Source: Vermamoeba vermiformis (Eukaryota). From it: 64,000 nt of DNA. Of this stretch, positions 1-11,561 are shown piece by piece. The DNA lies in contig JBEWZL010000227.1 in NCBI GenBank assembly GCA_045837725.1, positions 1-64,000 on the forward strand, given 5' to 3'. Made by a program: the position numbers and the translations under genes. The notes under the pieces were generated by a model, which worked only from the letters and a program-made list of their open reading frames with translations, was not told where the DNA came from and ran no database searches. Within the stretch, counting starts at the first letter, position 1, and each line of letters begins with the position of its first letter.

Positions 1-1169
1 AACACTAAGAGCAATGGTCCTTTGCAGGGTTATCAAAGGCAGAGAGAACCTCAGCATTCTGCAATCCAGGACATCAAACATTTTCAACATGGGGGCATAT
101 CAATCCCACAAACTTCAACAAAAACCACCTGCGACCAATGTAGAAAGATATATCCACCAACTATCACTCATACAGACACTAAATTTGTTTGTACAAAAAT
201 GAATATTCAAAATATTTATTTGTATATTCAAAAAATACAGCTTCGACTTGTCTGGATCTGCTTAACCAGCTCTTGCTGCCTTCTGTTGACCTGACAACTA
301 GTATTAGAGCACTGTAGTTAATTATTTGAGTGTGTTTTCAAACTTACCAGTAGTCACTGAAGCTCCACACTGATTGATCCTGGATCGTGCACAAGCCTCT
401 GGATTGGCAAAATCTCGCTTACTATTTATCCTACAAGTATGACATTAATTTTACCATAATACTCATATTATTGTCACTATGAATTGATACTTACTGGCTC
501 GAACTGCTAACAAAAAGTTATAAAGTTTTTGGTAACGGCTAGATTTGATTTTATTAAATATTTATTTTATTATATAGTAGCAGATAATGCCACCAGTTTA
601 ACCACATAGTGTAGTTAATATTTATATTAATATTCTTGGATTACTTACTTTACTGGAAGCCACCAGACTGAAATTGGCAAATCCTGATCTCGATCCAACA
701 TCGGCTGACCATCGGATCCTCACCAATGGGCCCTCTCCTTGACCTCTGACATATTTGAATAGTAGCACACTACTGATGTGCCCCTTGAGAAGTGTATTAG
801 GAGGTTGGCAGTGCGTGCATTGGTCAGATTTTAACGAGCATCGATCACGTGCTTGACCAAAAAAAGATTTTTTTGTTCATTTTCTGTTACATTCAACTTG
901 CCAACAACACCACTATAGAATATATAAGAACACCTGTATCTGCTTGGCTTCCTTTCATTGCAGCAGTAAGTAATCAAATGCGGACCCACAAAAATAAATA
1001 GTTATTATTTTTTTTTAAATATTCAAATTCGATTCTTTATTTTGTCACTCTGATGCTAATCTACCTTACTATAGCATACAAGTAATATCTGATGGCTGTA
1101 TTGGATGGTTTGGACTTATTCTGCACTGTTAGGGTTATGTAAGTCTTCAGGGTTATAGGTGTGAATCTT

Positions 1170-2270
1170 TGACCGTAGTCCTTGGACTACGCTCAGTCAG
1201 GAATTCTGCATTTGACCGTAGTCCTTGGACTACGCTCAGTTGAGAATTCTGAATTTGAGCGTAGTCCTTGGACTACGGTTGTTTCATCATCTTTTCAAAC
1301 TTTTGAATAGACAAATTAGATTAATGTATATGCAAAATAACTTACGTTCCCTTTCTCAGGTCACCTGTTATGCCTTTGGGCAGTTTCCCCCTGTTCAAGT
1401 ATGTCATGAATTCTGTATTTGAGCGTAGTCCTTGGACTACGGTTAGTTGAGAATTCTGCATTTGACCGTAGTCCTTGGACTACACTCAAAGTATATAGTA
1501 TAACCCTGACCAGTTGTCAGGAATTCTGCATTTGAGCGTAGTCCTTGGACTACGGTTAGTCGAGAATTCTTGATTTGACCGTAGTCCTTGGACTACGCTC
1601 AGTTGGGAATTCTGCATTTGACCGTAGTCCTTGGTCTACGGTCACGTTATCTTTACAAACTTTTGAATATACACTTTTAATTAATGAATATTCAAAATTA
1701 CTTATGTACCCTTCTACAGGTCATAGAGACAATTTAAGCTGCTTTGCCTGTTTTCAGGTATGTCAAGAATTCTGTATTTGAGTGTAGTCCTTGGACTACA
1801 GTTAGTTGAGAATTCTGCATTTGACCGTAGTCCTTGGACTACGCTCAGTCAGGAATTCTGCATTTGACTGTAGTCCTTGGACTACGGTTAGTTGAGAATT
1901 CTGTATTTGACTGTAGTCCTTGGACTACACTCGAGGAATTGTTAAAGTCAATGTAGTGCCCTATTACAATGCATAGACACTATTTTTTTTTGCATATTCA
2001 AAATATTGACATTCTTTAAAGATATTCAGTTGGAGTTAGATTCGGTCGCTGCAACCTCCCACCACTCACCGTAGATGACTGGCCCACAGGTATAAATGAA
2101 TATACATTTTACTATTTTGCATATTCAAATATTCTGACCCTTCATGATTAGGCTGGTACACATCAGGTCTTCAAGAATTCTTTGTTTGAGCGTAGTCCTC
2201 GGACTACGGTTAGTCAAGAATTCTGCATTTGACCGTAGTCCTTGGACTACGGTTGATCGAGAATTCTGCA
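1170..2270. repeat. 43-bp tandem repeat with palindromic core GTAGTCC-TT-GGACTAC, 14 copies in 5 clusters
   Basis: Cores start at 1175, 1218, 1261 | 1425, 1468 | 1538, 1581, 1624 | 1784, 1827, 1870, 1913 | 2192, 2235, with 43-bp spacing within clusters. Consensus is approximately GAATTCTGCATTTGA(C/G)CGTAGTCCTTGGACTACG(CTC/GTT)AGTYRR. Confidence 0.95.
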
Positions 2271-2732
2271 CTCTACTGGTTGGACGTGCATACAAATGAA
2301 TAGACATTTTGTAAGTATGCATATTCAAAATAGTTACCGATGAAACTAAGTTCCTTAACTTTAGGCTCAGTCTTCATTGTAAACCTGCCAAGGCAAATGG
2401 ATGGGAAAACAATATTTGTGATTCAAAATTGGGAAAACAAAGATAGTACTGATTTTACACATTATTGTATATTCAAAAATAAATAACGTTTATTCAAAAA
2501 TATGACATTTTCCAGGCTTTAGGCCTATAAGCCTTAAATTAGCTAAGCCTAACTATATATATAATGCCTCAATAGATTAAAAGCATACCATAAGCTAGTA
2601 ATTGGCATTGATTACATTTATCTCATTATCTCATTATCTCCGTGCCGCAGACGATAGTCGCGGAGATGAATGAAAACAGGACGTTCTTCGTGTTTTTATT
2701 CATCGAAAGCATACCTTTGCTGTTAAATAACA

Positions 2733-3468
2733 TTGATTATTGTTGCTGTGTTATTCTCCCTCTCTCGGCATTACGACGCTGGCGCCGCAGCTACTTCGGG
2801 CCTCTGTATCTCTGCATCACTATCACCAAATGTAATGGGACTTGGTGCGATGCGCTCGGGCCTTCGGCCCTCGCTGCATGGAACAACTCCCGGAAATTTC
2901 AGTGAAATTTCATTAGAGATCCAGGGGCCCGAAAAGCGAAGCATAAGCCCCAGCCCTAAATCCTATATAATGCAGTTTTTCGCTGGCCTGGAAAAGCTGA
3001 ATTGCAGCAAAGTACTTCAAGGTAAAAAAACATATTAAGTCTTCTGACATAGTAATCTCATTTTGCTTTAGTACCACAACTTGTGATTGCAGTTGTCGTC
3101 CAGTGGACATGTACAAGTACCTTTTTGTCGAAACTTGTACAGAGCGCGATTGCATTTACGATGTCTCTCCATACAGCTTTGCGAAAGCATTTGCCAGCAT
3201 TAGTCGTGGCTTTGCGTACAGAGCTTTCTTTGAAGACGAGCAAAAATTACTAGTTGTTCGTGATCAACTAGTTCAATACATCTTGAAGAACATTGATGCT
3301 GAACAATCAACTGAAATTGTTGGCAAGCTGGAAGATACAAAATTAGTGCCATATGATGCAAAAGATATCTCTGATGTAGACCGTGGCCGCACTGCCGACT
3401 CTTCATCACGCAAATGCAAGGCCTCTCAAAGTCCAGAAAGGGACATTGAACCTAGACGTCGTCACTAA
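2733..3468 (+). CDS. hypothetical protein (probably 2 exons; start uncertain)
   Basis: ORFs 2733-3038 and 3103-3468 are separated by a plausible intron (gtaaaa ~3022 to ctttag ~3071). No recognisable motif. Confidence 0.3.
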
Positions 3469-3951
3469 GAGTTAATTCTTTTTTTATTTTATTTTCCATG
3501 AACACTATATAGAATTATCCGCATTGTTAACTAAATAAACTTCTTTTTTTTATATCAAAATCACTACCTGATTTCAAATAGCTGCAATTATCGACTTTTA
3601 AGTTATTATCGCACAGTACGATTGCCAATCTATCTTATATCTATTTATTTGTATCCCTGATAATTATCAGCCACTGATTTCAATTTGAAAGCCTCCCAAC
3701 CTTGTTCTCTACGCGGACCAAAAAAAACTGCCCAAATCCACATCTGGTCTCTTTAAATGATATTGCCAGGTCTTCTGCATACACAACCATAAAGTGGAAC
3801 TCAACAACCACTGTGTCAGCTGACACCTTTTGTCCAGGAAACATAGCCTAACTCAGCAAATGAGGGGGAAATTTTTTTTATCTAATACCTCTTTAAGGTA
3901 ATTAAATTGTTAATAATAATGACCATTTACAATTTATTTACCAATTTTTAA

Positions 3952-5688
3952 TTATACATCTTTGTCACACTTTCGTTTGACTGCTTGAATGACTGGGTGC
4001 AAAATACCACCAAAGACGAGAGTACCAGCGGTAATTACAGCTATTTTCCAGTCCAACAGAGGTGTTACAGCAGTGAAGGCACAGAACGCCATGGGAATAA
4101 TGCAAAATAGAATAAGCACAAAGTTGCTCATCGGAATTCGATACGGTCGTAACAAATCTGGTTGCTAATAAAAGATTTTTTGTGAGTGGATCCGCTGCTT
4201 AGTCATGATAGTGACATACCTTATAGCGCAGCACAATGAGTGATAAGTATTCTAATAATAGACCGATCGAGTAGAAGAGCTGGTCTAGCTGAATTAAGAA
4301 CTGAAATGAGAACACGGTGCCTGCAGCCACTAACAACGAGTTGATGACGAGTGCGACCCAAGGAGTGCCGAATCGACTTTGAGCGCTCAAGAATTTCATG
4401 CCCAGCAAGTTCTTGTCACCCCATGCAGCTAACATTTGCGAGCACGTGCAGAGGTACGTGTTCAACACTCCGACTGCCTTCAAACACGCACCGATAACCA
4501 TCAAAATTTTCAGCCATTGACCTCCGACCTGAGCGTTAATTAGCAAGATATTCATCTCTTTATATGCACGTACCATGTAAGCGACATCGGGGAAATAGCC
4601 TTCAGTCCATTGGCTGTAGTCAGTAGCGATGCTTACGCCGACCAAAATAGGCAAAATGTACGTAGCAATCATGGCGACCAACACGATCATCATGGCACGA
4701 GGGTACGCTTTGTTGGGGTTCTTGAGCTCTCCTGCCACTTGAGACATGTTGTCAAATCCACCAGTGTTCCACACAATCGTCGTGATGAACAGGCCCCAAT
4801 CGAGTTCCGAGAAAGGGACCGAAGGACGAGCCAGCCAATCGTGCGGATTAATCTTTGTTATACCGAGCCCAAACATAATCAAAAAAGGCGCCAATAATAT
4901 GACGATGAAAACGCTAGTAAGTTGGAAAAAGTGACATTTAGACACGTGTCAAGTAGACATTTTGTACGTACCCTGATACTTTGCTAACAAAATCGACACC
5001 GAAAAAGTTCATGATGAAGCAGAAGAACAACACGATGAATCTTATGCCGTAGTTCTCGATGGAATCAACCGGCAGTACTTGCAGCAAATAATTCTCGAAC
5101 ATGACTGGATAGATGGCCAAATCGAACAAATTGTTGACGAACGACCAGTACGCCTCTTGAAAGGCCCAGAATGGTCCGAATGCCTCGTTGACCCACCACA
5201 CAAAGCCACCATTGTGTGGTAATGCTGTGCTAAGTTCGGCTGTCAAAAGCGCACTGCACGATCTAGTTAGTGGATTCGAAAGAACGACAAGCAATAGTAC
5301 CTTGGTAGCGACCAGATCCACGGAATTATGACCATGCCTAATAGTGCATAAAAAGGATAGCCTATTCTAACGGCATCTTCAATACCGTACGGTCCACCAG
5401 AAACTAACCGTAAATGTCAGATCGTGTCAGTCGTTGATTTTAAAACAGAATCAAAATTAAATATTCGAATTAATAAAATGTTATAACGGTAGCGATAAAT
5501 GATTTAATTTTAATATTTTAACAATAAATATTACCTGCGAAGAAAGTTAAAAATACCAATCCCCACATTGACAGCCGTTTGTTGTTATTTTGACTCGCAG
5601 GAGTCACTGCCTCTATATCTTCCGGTGCGTCGTTAACTGTGCCATATTTTTGCGACCCTATTGAACGTATTAACGGATCTTTCTCCAT
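3952..5688 (-). CDS. APC-superfamily amino acid/polyamine transporter (plant PUT/LAT-like), multi-exon
   Basis: Spliced motifs GLVFLTFFA/VSGGPYGIEDAV, TAELSTALPHNGGFVWWVNEAFGPFW, WNTGGFDNMSQVAGELKNPNKAYPRAM, SRFGTPWVAL and PDLLRPYRIP, with many hydrophobic helices. ATG at 5688. Confidence 0.9.
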
Positions 5689-6179
5689 CCAGCTCCTTCT
5701 ATTTTGCGCTGGACTGCGCACAATGTTTTTTAAAATGGTTGAGCGCAGTCGATTTGTACTATGACGCTTACGAGAGGAGTCTTGTAAGCTAGCGAAAAAA
5801 ATAAAAACGAAATTGCAAATTCTACCAGTTTGCCGCGCTTTCTGTCACCGATACAATCATAGGCTTTACCTTCAAATAGACGCGCAACTGTGTGATATTC
5901 TTTGCATGACAACGAGGAGCTAGTAAATTGGTACAATGGCCGATCTTTCGGAAACGCAATCCGCGGTATTGAAACATCTCAGCAGAAAACAAAAAAAATA
6001 TTCAAAGGTATGGCCTTTCCATATTATATGAATTTGGGCGGATCTGTGCTCTTATTGTGAATACAGAGAAAAATATCAGAAACAAGATATCATTTATTTC
6101 TAGCCGCCAAGAAACGGCATTCGCTCATTCGAAACACCTATTTTACCACAAGAAGGTGCGATTAAATTAAATTAATTTC

Positions 6180-7579
6180 ATGGAGAAAGACACCGTTGAA
6201 AGCGCTAACAAGAAGCTGACTTTTCGCAAGTACGCTTCGATCGAGAACAGTTATCTTGATAAATTCATAGAATCAATTATTAATCAAGGCCACACGGACA
6301 ATAATGCTCAGTGGGTAGCTCTGGAGAAAGGTATTTATTTTTAATTAAAATTCGCTTAAATATCAATTAATTATTAACCACTTGCCAATTCGGATTGCTA
6401 ACTGTGCAATATTAATATAGTTCACGGAGCCAATTTTTCATTCATTACTGACGGCGTGGAAATTCATTGTGCCAAACGTAGCGGATTTATCGAAGCCGAC
6501 GAAGTGTTTCACAACCACCACCTCGTGTTAGAAAATCACCGCAACAAAATATTGAAAGTTTACGCTGCTCTAAAAGAGAAGTATCCTGATCTGGTCGAAG
6601 TTGCTATTTATGGAGAACTCTTCGGAGGTAACTCTAATTTAAATCGCTTTAAAAATTAACGCAATTAACTTTCGAAAGTTCAACTAAATTATAACGCCCT
6701 TTTACTATGACTGATGGACGTTGTTTAGGAATTTATCCACATAAGGACGTTCCTGGCGGTCAGGGACTGAAGAGCGAGTCAGGAAGGTGCTTGCACGTGC
6801 AAAAAGACATCTATTATTGCCCGAACATCAATTTTTTTGCTTTCGATATTGCTGTGCCCGGAAAAGGTAAGCGAGAGCGTCCACAGCGAGAACGTTGCAT
6901 CCCGTACTCCTTGGGCTTAGAACTAATACTGCTTATCACTAGGCTATTTGCATTATGACATAGTGGAGCCTCTCTTCAGAGAGCACGGATTCTTGTACGC
7001 CGAACCGATCAGGTACGGTACCTTGAAAGAGTTGCTCGAGATCGACGTTGAAACTTTCGAATCCACTCTGCCTGCCAAGTTTGGATTGCCGCCTCTTCCA
7101 AATAACTACGCTGAAGGCATTGTTATCAAGCCAATTATCAACAAATACATGACCACGGGCGAGCGCGTCATCGTTAAAAAGAAGCGATCTACTTTCATGG
7201 AGAAAAAGCCGAGGCTGGCTCCCAAGAAAGAACTCAAAACTACTATGGCGGATAACGTGCGCGAGATGTGCGAAGAGGTCGTTACATATGTAACATTGAT
7301 GCGCTTGAAGGCTGTTATTTCTAAAGAAGGACATATCACTGCTCCCAAGTTTGGAAAGCTGCTTGGACTCTTTGCCAAAGTAATTGATAGATCTGTCTCT
7401 GTAAGCATTTAATTGACACATTTTTATCCTAGGATGCTCTTGACGACTTCAGAAAAGAGGTTGAGGACTTCAATCAACTCGAGAACGAGGATCGCAAGCG
7501 CGTGACAACCAGATTGAACAATGCTTGTTCCAAGATGATTAACGATAATAGACAAGCTATTTTGGATGGAAATTTGTAA
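6180..7579 (+). CDS. ATP-dependent RNA ligase, Rnl2 family (T4 Rnl2 / kinetoplastid REL-like), 5 exons
   Basis: Introns 6331-6420, 6628-6728, 6867-6942 and 7380-7432 give a continuous frame. Motifs: I EKVHGANFS, Ia AKRSG, III IYGELFGG, IIIa FFAFDI, IV EGIVIKP, V IVKKK, plus C-terminal RLKAVISKEG and DALDDF. Confidence 0.92.
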
Positions 7580-8289
7580 CGTTACAATAAATTAAAACGA
7601 AGGAAATAGTAATTATTATTACCTGCAGTTAATTTTTTAACACGATGGATATAACAACAACAACGTGTGTTAACTTCTGCTCGCTATTTATTACGAAAGC
7701 TTTTCCTTAATATATAACGCAGTATCACAGCGAAATTAAAAAGAGAACGGATTTAAAGTATCAGCTTTGTTTAATGTTTTACAAGGTAAGAATTCACAAC
7801 AAAGTTTAATATTAACCACATACATAGAATTATTTTTAATTATTGAAACGATGCTGCACTAGAAACACTAAATCCAAAACATTGATTTTTTAAAAATTAC
7901 GCTTGCTTCAGAAAATTTGGATTTTATTCACGACACAATCGCTTGTATTAAACACAATTATTATTGAATTTTTGTTGCAACAGTTCTGGTTTTCCGCAAG
8001 AAAAATCTAATTCTAAAAATAGCAATGCAGCAACGAGTTAATTTGACGTCTCTGAGTACTTTATATTCACAATCGGATAGAATTGGAAGAAAACTATGCT
8101 TCCGTATGCAACGGATTATTAGCAGAAAACTCGTACGAGAACGCGGAATTTTTCAACGAAACAAAGAGTCTGAAGTTTCATCGCATGACTCGGTAGGCTC
8201 GCTTAAATAGTTGAACAGTTGAAACTTATTTCATACTCTTAAATCAAACGAGTTACTTCACCTCAAAGAAATTCATACTTGCTACGAAA

Positions 8290-11280
8290 ATGAAAGCAAG
8301 TTCATTATTAATAATGATTATAGCGAGCTGTATTGCCGGCCTGACGGTTGGAATAGATATCGAACAGCTTCTCAGTCAAATGACGCTCAAAGAAAAGATT
8401 GGACAAACGACGCAAATTGAAGTACGTAAAGTTCGCTCGATCTACGTGTTCAGGACAAGTTCCTAAGCGATCTTAATTTGTAGGTTACTGTGGTAATCCC
8501 TCAAGGACAATACAACTTAGATTGGGAATTGCTTAGACGTGCAGTCGTCGATTACGGAGTCGGATCGATGTACAACCATCCATTTTTCGGTGCGTAACAA
8601 GAAATTTAAATTAAAATTGGACTCAAGATTAATTTATTATCATTTAATAGTGGGCCCGAAAGCAGGTAGGCTGCAGCACAAGTTTTGCCAACTACGGATA
8701 GAACGCGAGCATATCCGCGAAATTTCTTTCAAAAGTGATTGATGTACCCGGTGAAATCTGATTTAACTTCGTGTAGGTCGCTTTGGTTGGTATCCCGAAG
8801 ACTGGATGAACGCAATTCAGCAGATCCAAGAGACCTACTTGAATTCTACCAACTCGAAGATCCCCGTCTTGTACGGACTTGACGCTGTTATCGGCGCTGG
8901 TCATATCCTCAAAGCAGCTTTATTCCCTCACGTAAGTACAATATCATGCGAGTATAATAGCTTTAGTTAACATTGCGGGTCAGAACATCGCTCTTGCCGC
9001 AACATTCAACGAATCCATCGTCGAGCGAGTTGGTTACACGACTGGCAAAGATTCACGTACTGTTGGCATCAATTACGCATTGGCACCTGTCGCTGACGTT
9101 GGTGTTGAGCCTCGTTGGGGTAGATTTTACGAAACAGTAAGTATCTTAGTAAGCTTGAAGATCTGTGCTAACTTTGCCCAGTACGGAGACAGTCCTTATG
9201 TTGTCACGAAGATGGTTCGTGCAATTTTGCGTGGTCTGCATGGTGTCGACTCTTCTGATCGCTTCTGGCCTGCTGGAAGTTCCCTCGTTGCTTCTGCCAC
9301 CAAGCACTGGGTGGGTTACGGTCAACCCAACGGTGGTCTCGATCGTTCTGATGCTAATGTAAGCGGAGATTTCATCCGGACGACTTGTTCTAATCGAAGT
9401 GCAGATTTTGGACTGGCAACTTGAGCGATATCATTTGCGACCATTCCTTGGCGCCTTCGAAGAAAAGACGCACAGCGTTATGTTGAATTCCGGTTCAGTG
9501 AACGGCATCCCTGGCCATGCAAACAAGAAATTCAACGTAGATTTATTGAAGGGAAAACTCAACTTCACTGGTTTTACTGTTAGCGACTTCCAAGACGTGC
9601 AACGCTTGGTTTGGAAACACAATTATGCTCCCGACATTAACTCGGCTATCAAAATTGCTCTCGACGCTGGTTTAGATCTTGACATGGTTCCTTTGGACTA
9701 CACTTGGGCCGATCTGCTTTATCAAATGGTTACCAACGGCGAAATCCCCGAATCCCGTCTTGACGACAGTGTCCGCAGAATTTTGAAGGTTAAGCAGGAC
9801 ATTGGTCTTTTCGACAATCCTTATCCTTACAAAGATCGATTGTAAGTTTCGAAGCATACTTTGGCTACGATAGTTTATTAATCACTTGTAGGGCAACAAT
9901 CGGTGCTCCCGAAGACTACGCATTTTCGCAGTACGTTGCTGAAGAAGCGATTACCTTGTTGAAGAACCAGGACAACATTTTGCCGTTGGACGCCTCTCAA
10001 CCTAAGAAAGTCCTCATTACTGGACCTGCTGCCAACTCTTTGAAGGTCTTGGCTGGTGCCTGGGCCGTTCATTGGCAAGGTGCTACAGACGACTCTGAAT
10101 TCCTCGGTCAAGGCAGCACTCTCTACGATGCCTTCAACGAGTACGTCAAAGGCAAGAGTGCTGCATGGTCCGTCAACTGGGCTGTCGGAATGAACTACTC
10201 TGGTCCTCTCGCTGACTACGATAACGCCATGCAGATGGCGCGTGACTCCGACTTGATCATTTTGACAAGCGGCGAGCCTCCATACGCAGAGATGTACGAA
10301 GCTATTGATGACTTGTAAGTGTTGAATTTCAAATTGTTACGCTGTGAAATCTAACTTTGATTCCGCAGGACTCTTTACGAAGCACAATTGAACTACATCG
10401 ACCAATTGAGTGCTTTGGGCAAGCCCATTATCTTGGTCCTCGTTCAAGGTCGTCCCAGACTCTTCAACAGCGCTATCGATAAAGTGAACGCTATTCTTTA
10501 CGCTTATGTTCCTGGTGCACACGGAGCTAAAGCAATCACCAACATTATCTTCGGTGAAGTCAATCCGTAAGTTCACTGCGTATTAATCCATTGCACATGC
10601 TAACCTCGCTCGTTAGTTCCGGACGATTGCCTTTTGCCTACCCCACTGCCACCGGTCAGCTTGCTTATCAATATGGATCTTACGCGCACAATGTACAATG
10701 GCCATTTGGCTACGGTTTGTCGTACACCACGTTCTCTTACTCAAATTTGCGTGTGCCCGACGCCGCTTTTGTGAACGGAACTATGGAAGTTGCCGTGGAT
10801 GTAACCAACAACGGAACCGTTGCTGGTAAAGAGACTGTGTTCTTATATGTTTCCGAATTGTTTGCCTATCCCGACAAGCAGTACATTGACATGGTGCACG
10901 GCTTCCAAAAGATTGCCATAAATCCTGGAGAGACAACCACTGTGGTGTTCACCTTGGAGAACGAAGACTTCGCCGACGTTGGTTATGAAGGTCAAGACAT
11001 CGTCGTCAATGTCCGCGTCAACGATCAGAAGGGCTCATTCACTTTGACCCCGCGCAGTGTTGACGGCTCGGTACCTATCGGAGATACCACACCTGTGGTC
11101 ACTAACGGTCCAATCCCAACGCAGGTACCCATCACACAGTCATCACCGAACCCTAACCCTGCCATCATTACCGCACCCACTGACCCGAACCCCATCAGTA
11201 ACCGTAACGACATTTCCTCTGCTTCGCGGCTCGGCTCTGCTGCTGCACTTGGCTTAGGAATTTTGTTGTGTTTAATGTAG
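8290..11280 (+). CDS. GH3 beta-glucosidase, secreted, probably GPI-anchored, multi-exon
   Basis: Signal peptide, then MTLKEKIGQ, IPVLYGLDAV, EPRWGRFYET, KHWVGYG, GFTVSDF (nucleophile Asp), PSGRLPF and PFGYGLSYTTF. These are followed by an Fn3-like domain, a P/T-rich stalk and a hydrophobic C-terminus. Confidence 0.93.
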
Positions 11281-11561
11281 AACACAAAAGTGCGGTACCT
11301 TTTTGTAAATATTATTTGTTATTATAAACTTCAATGGATAACCAAATGTCATGTTTCCGCTTGAATCTTTTGTCGTTATATTTATGAGGTTGTTAATTAT
11401 TAATTGCTGACCTCGTTCGATTTGCCTGATATGGCAATAATTGATTAGTTTTGACAAGTCTACGAACTAATCATGGGACCTATCTACTACTACTTTATTT
11501 TTAGTAATACCAATACAAATTTTATTTTAATAATCGTAGGTCAAAAAATATAGACTGGCAC

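Noticed and set aside
1170-2270. CRISPR array
   Set aside because: The palindromic repeats are directly tandem, with conserved rather than unique intervening sequence. The long spacers are irregular and homologous to each other, no cas genes are present, and the context is eukaryotic.
14-2328. Short ORFs in the repeat block (e.g. 22-294 with a CxxC, 1225-1422, 1575-1781, 2125-2328)
   Set aside because: They run through repeats and intron-like sequence with no recognisable domain. Joining the putative micro-exons did not give a convincing long frame.
7640-8210. Possible small gene between the RNA ligase and GH3
   Set aside because: AT-rich with only short ORFs and no motif; likely intergenic or promoter sequence.
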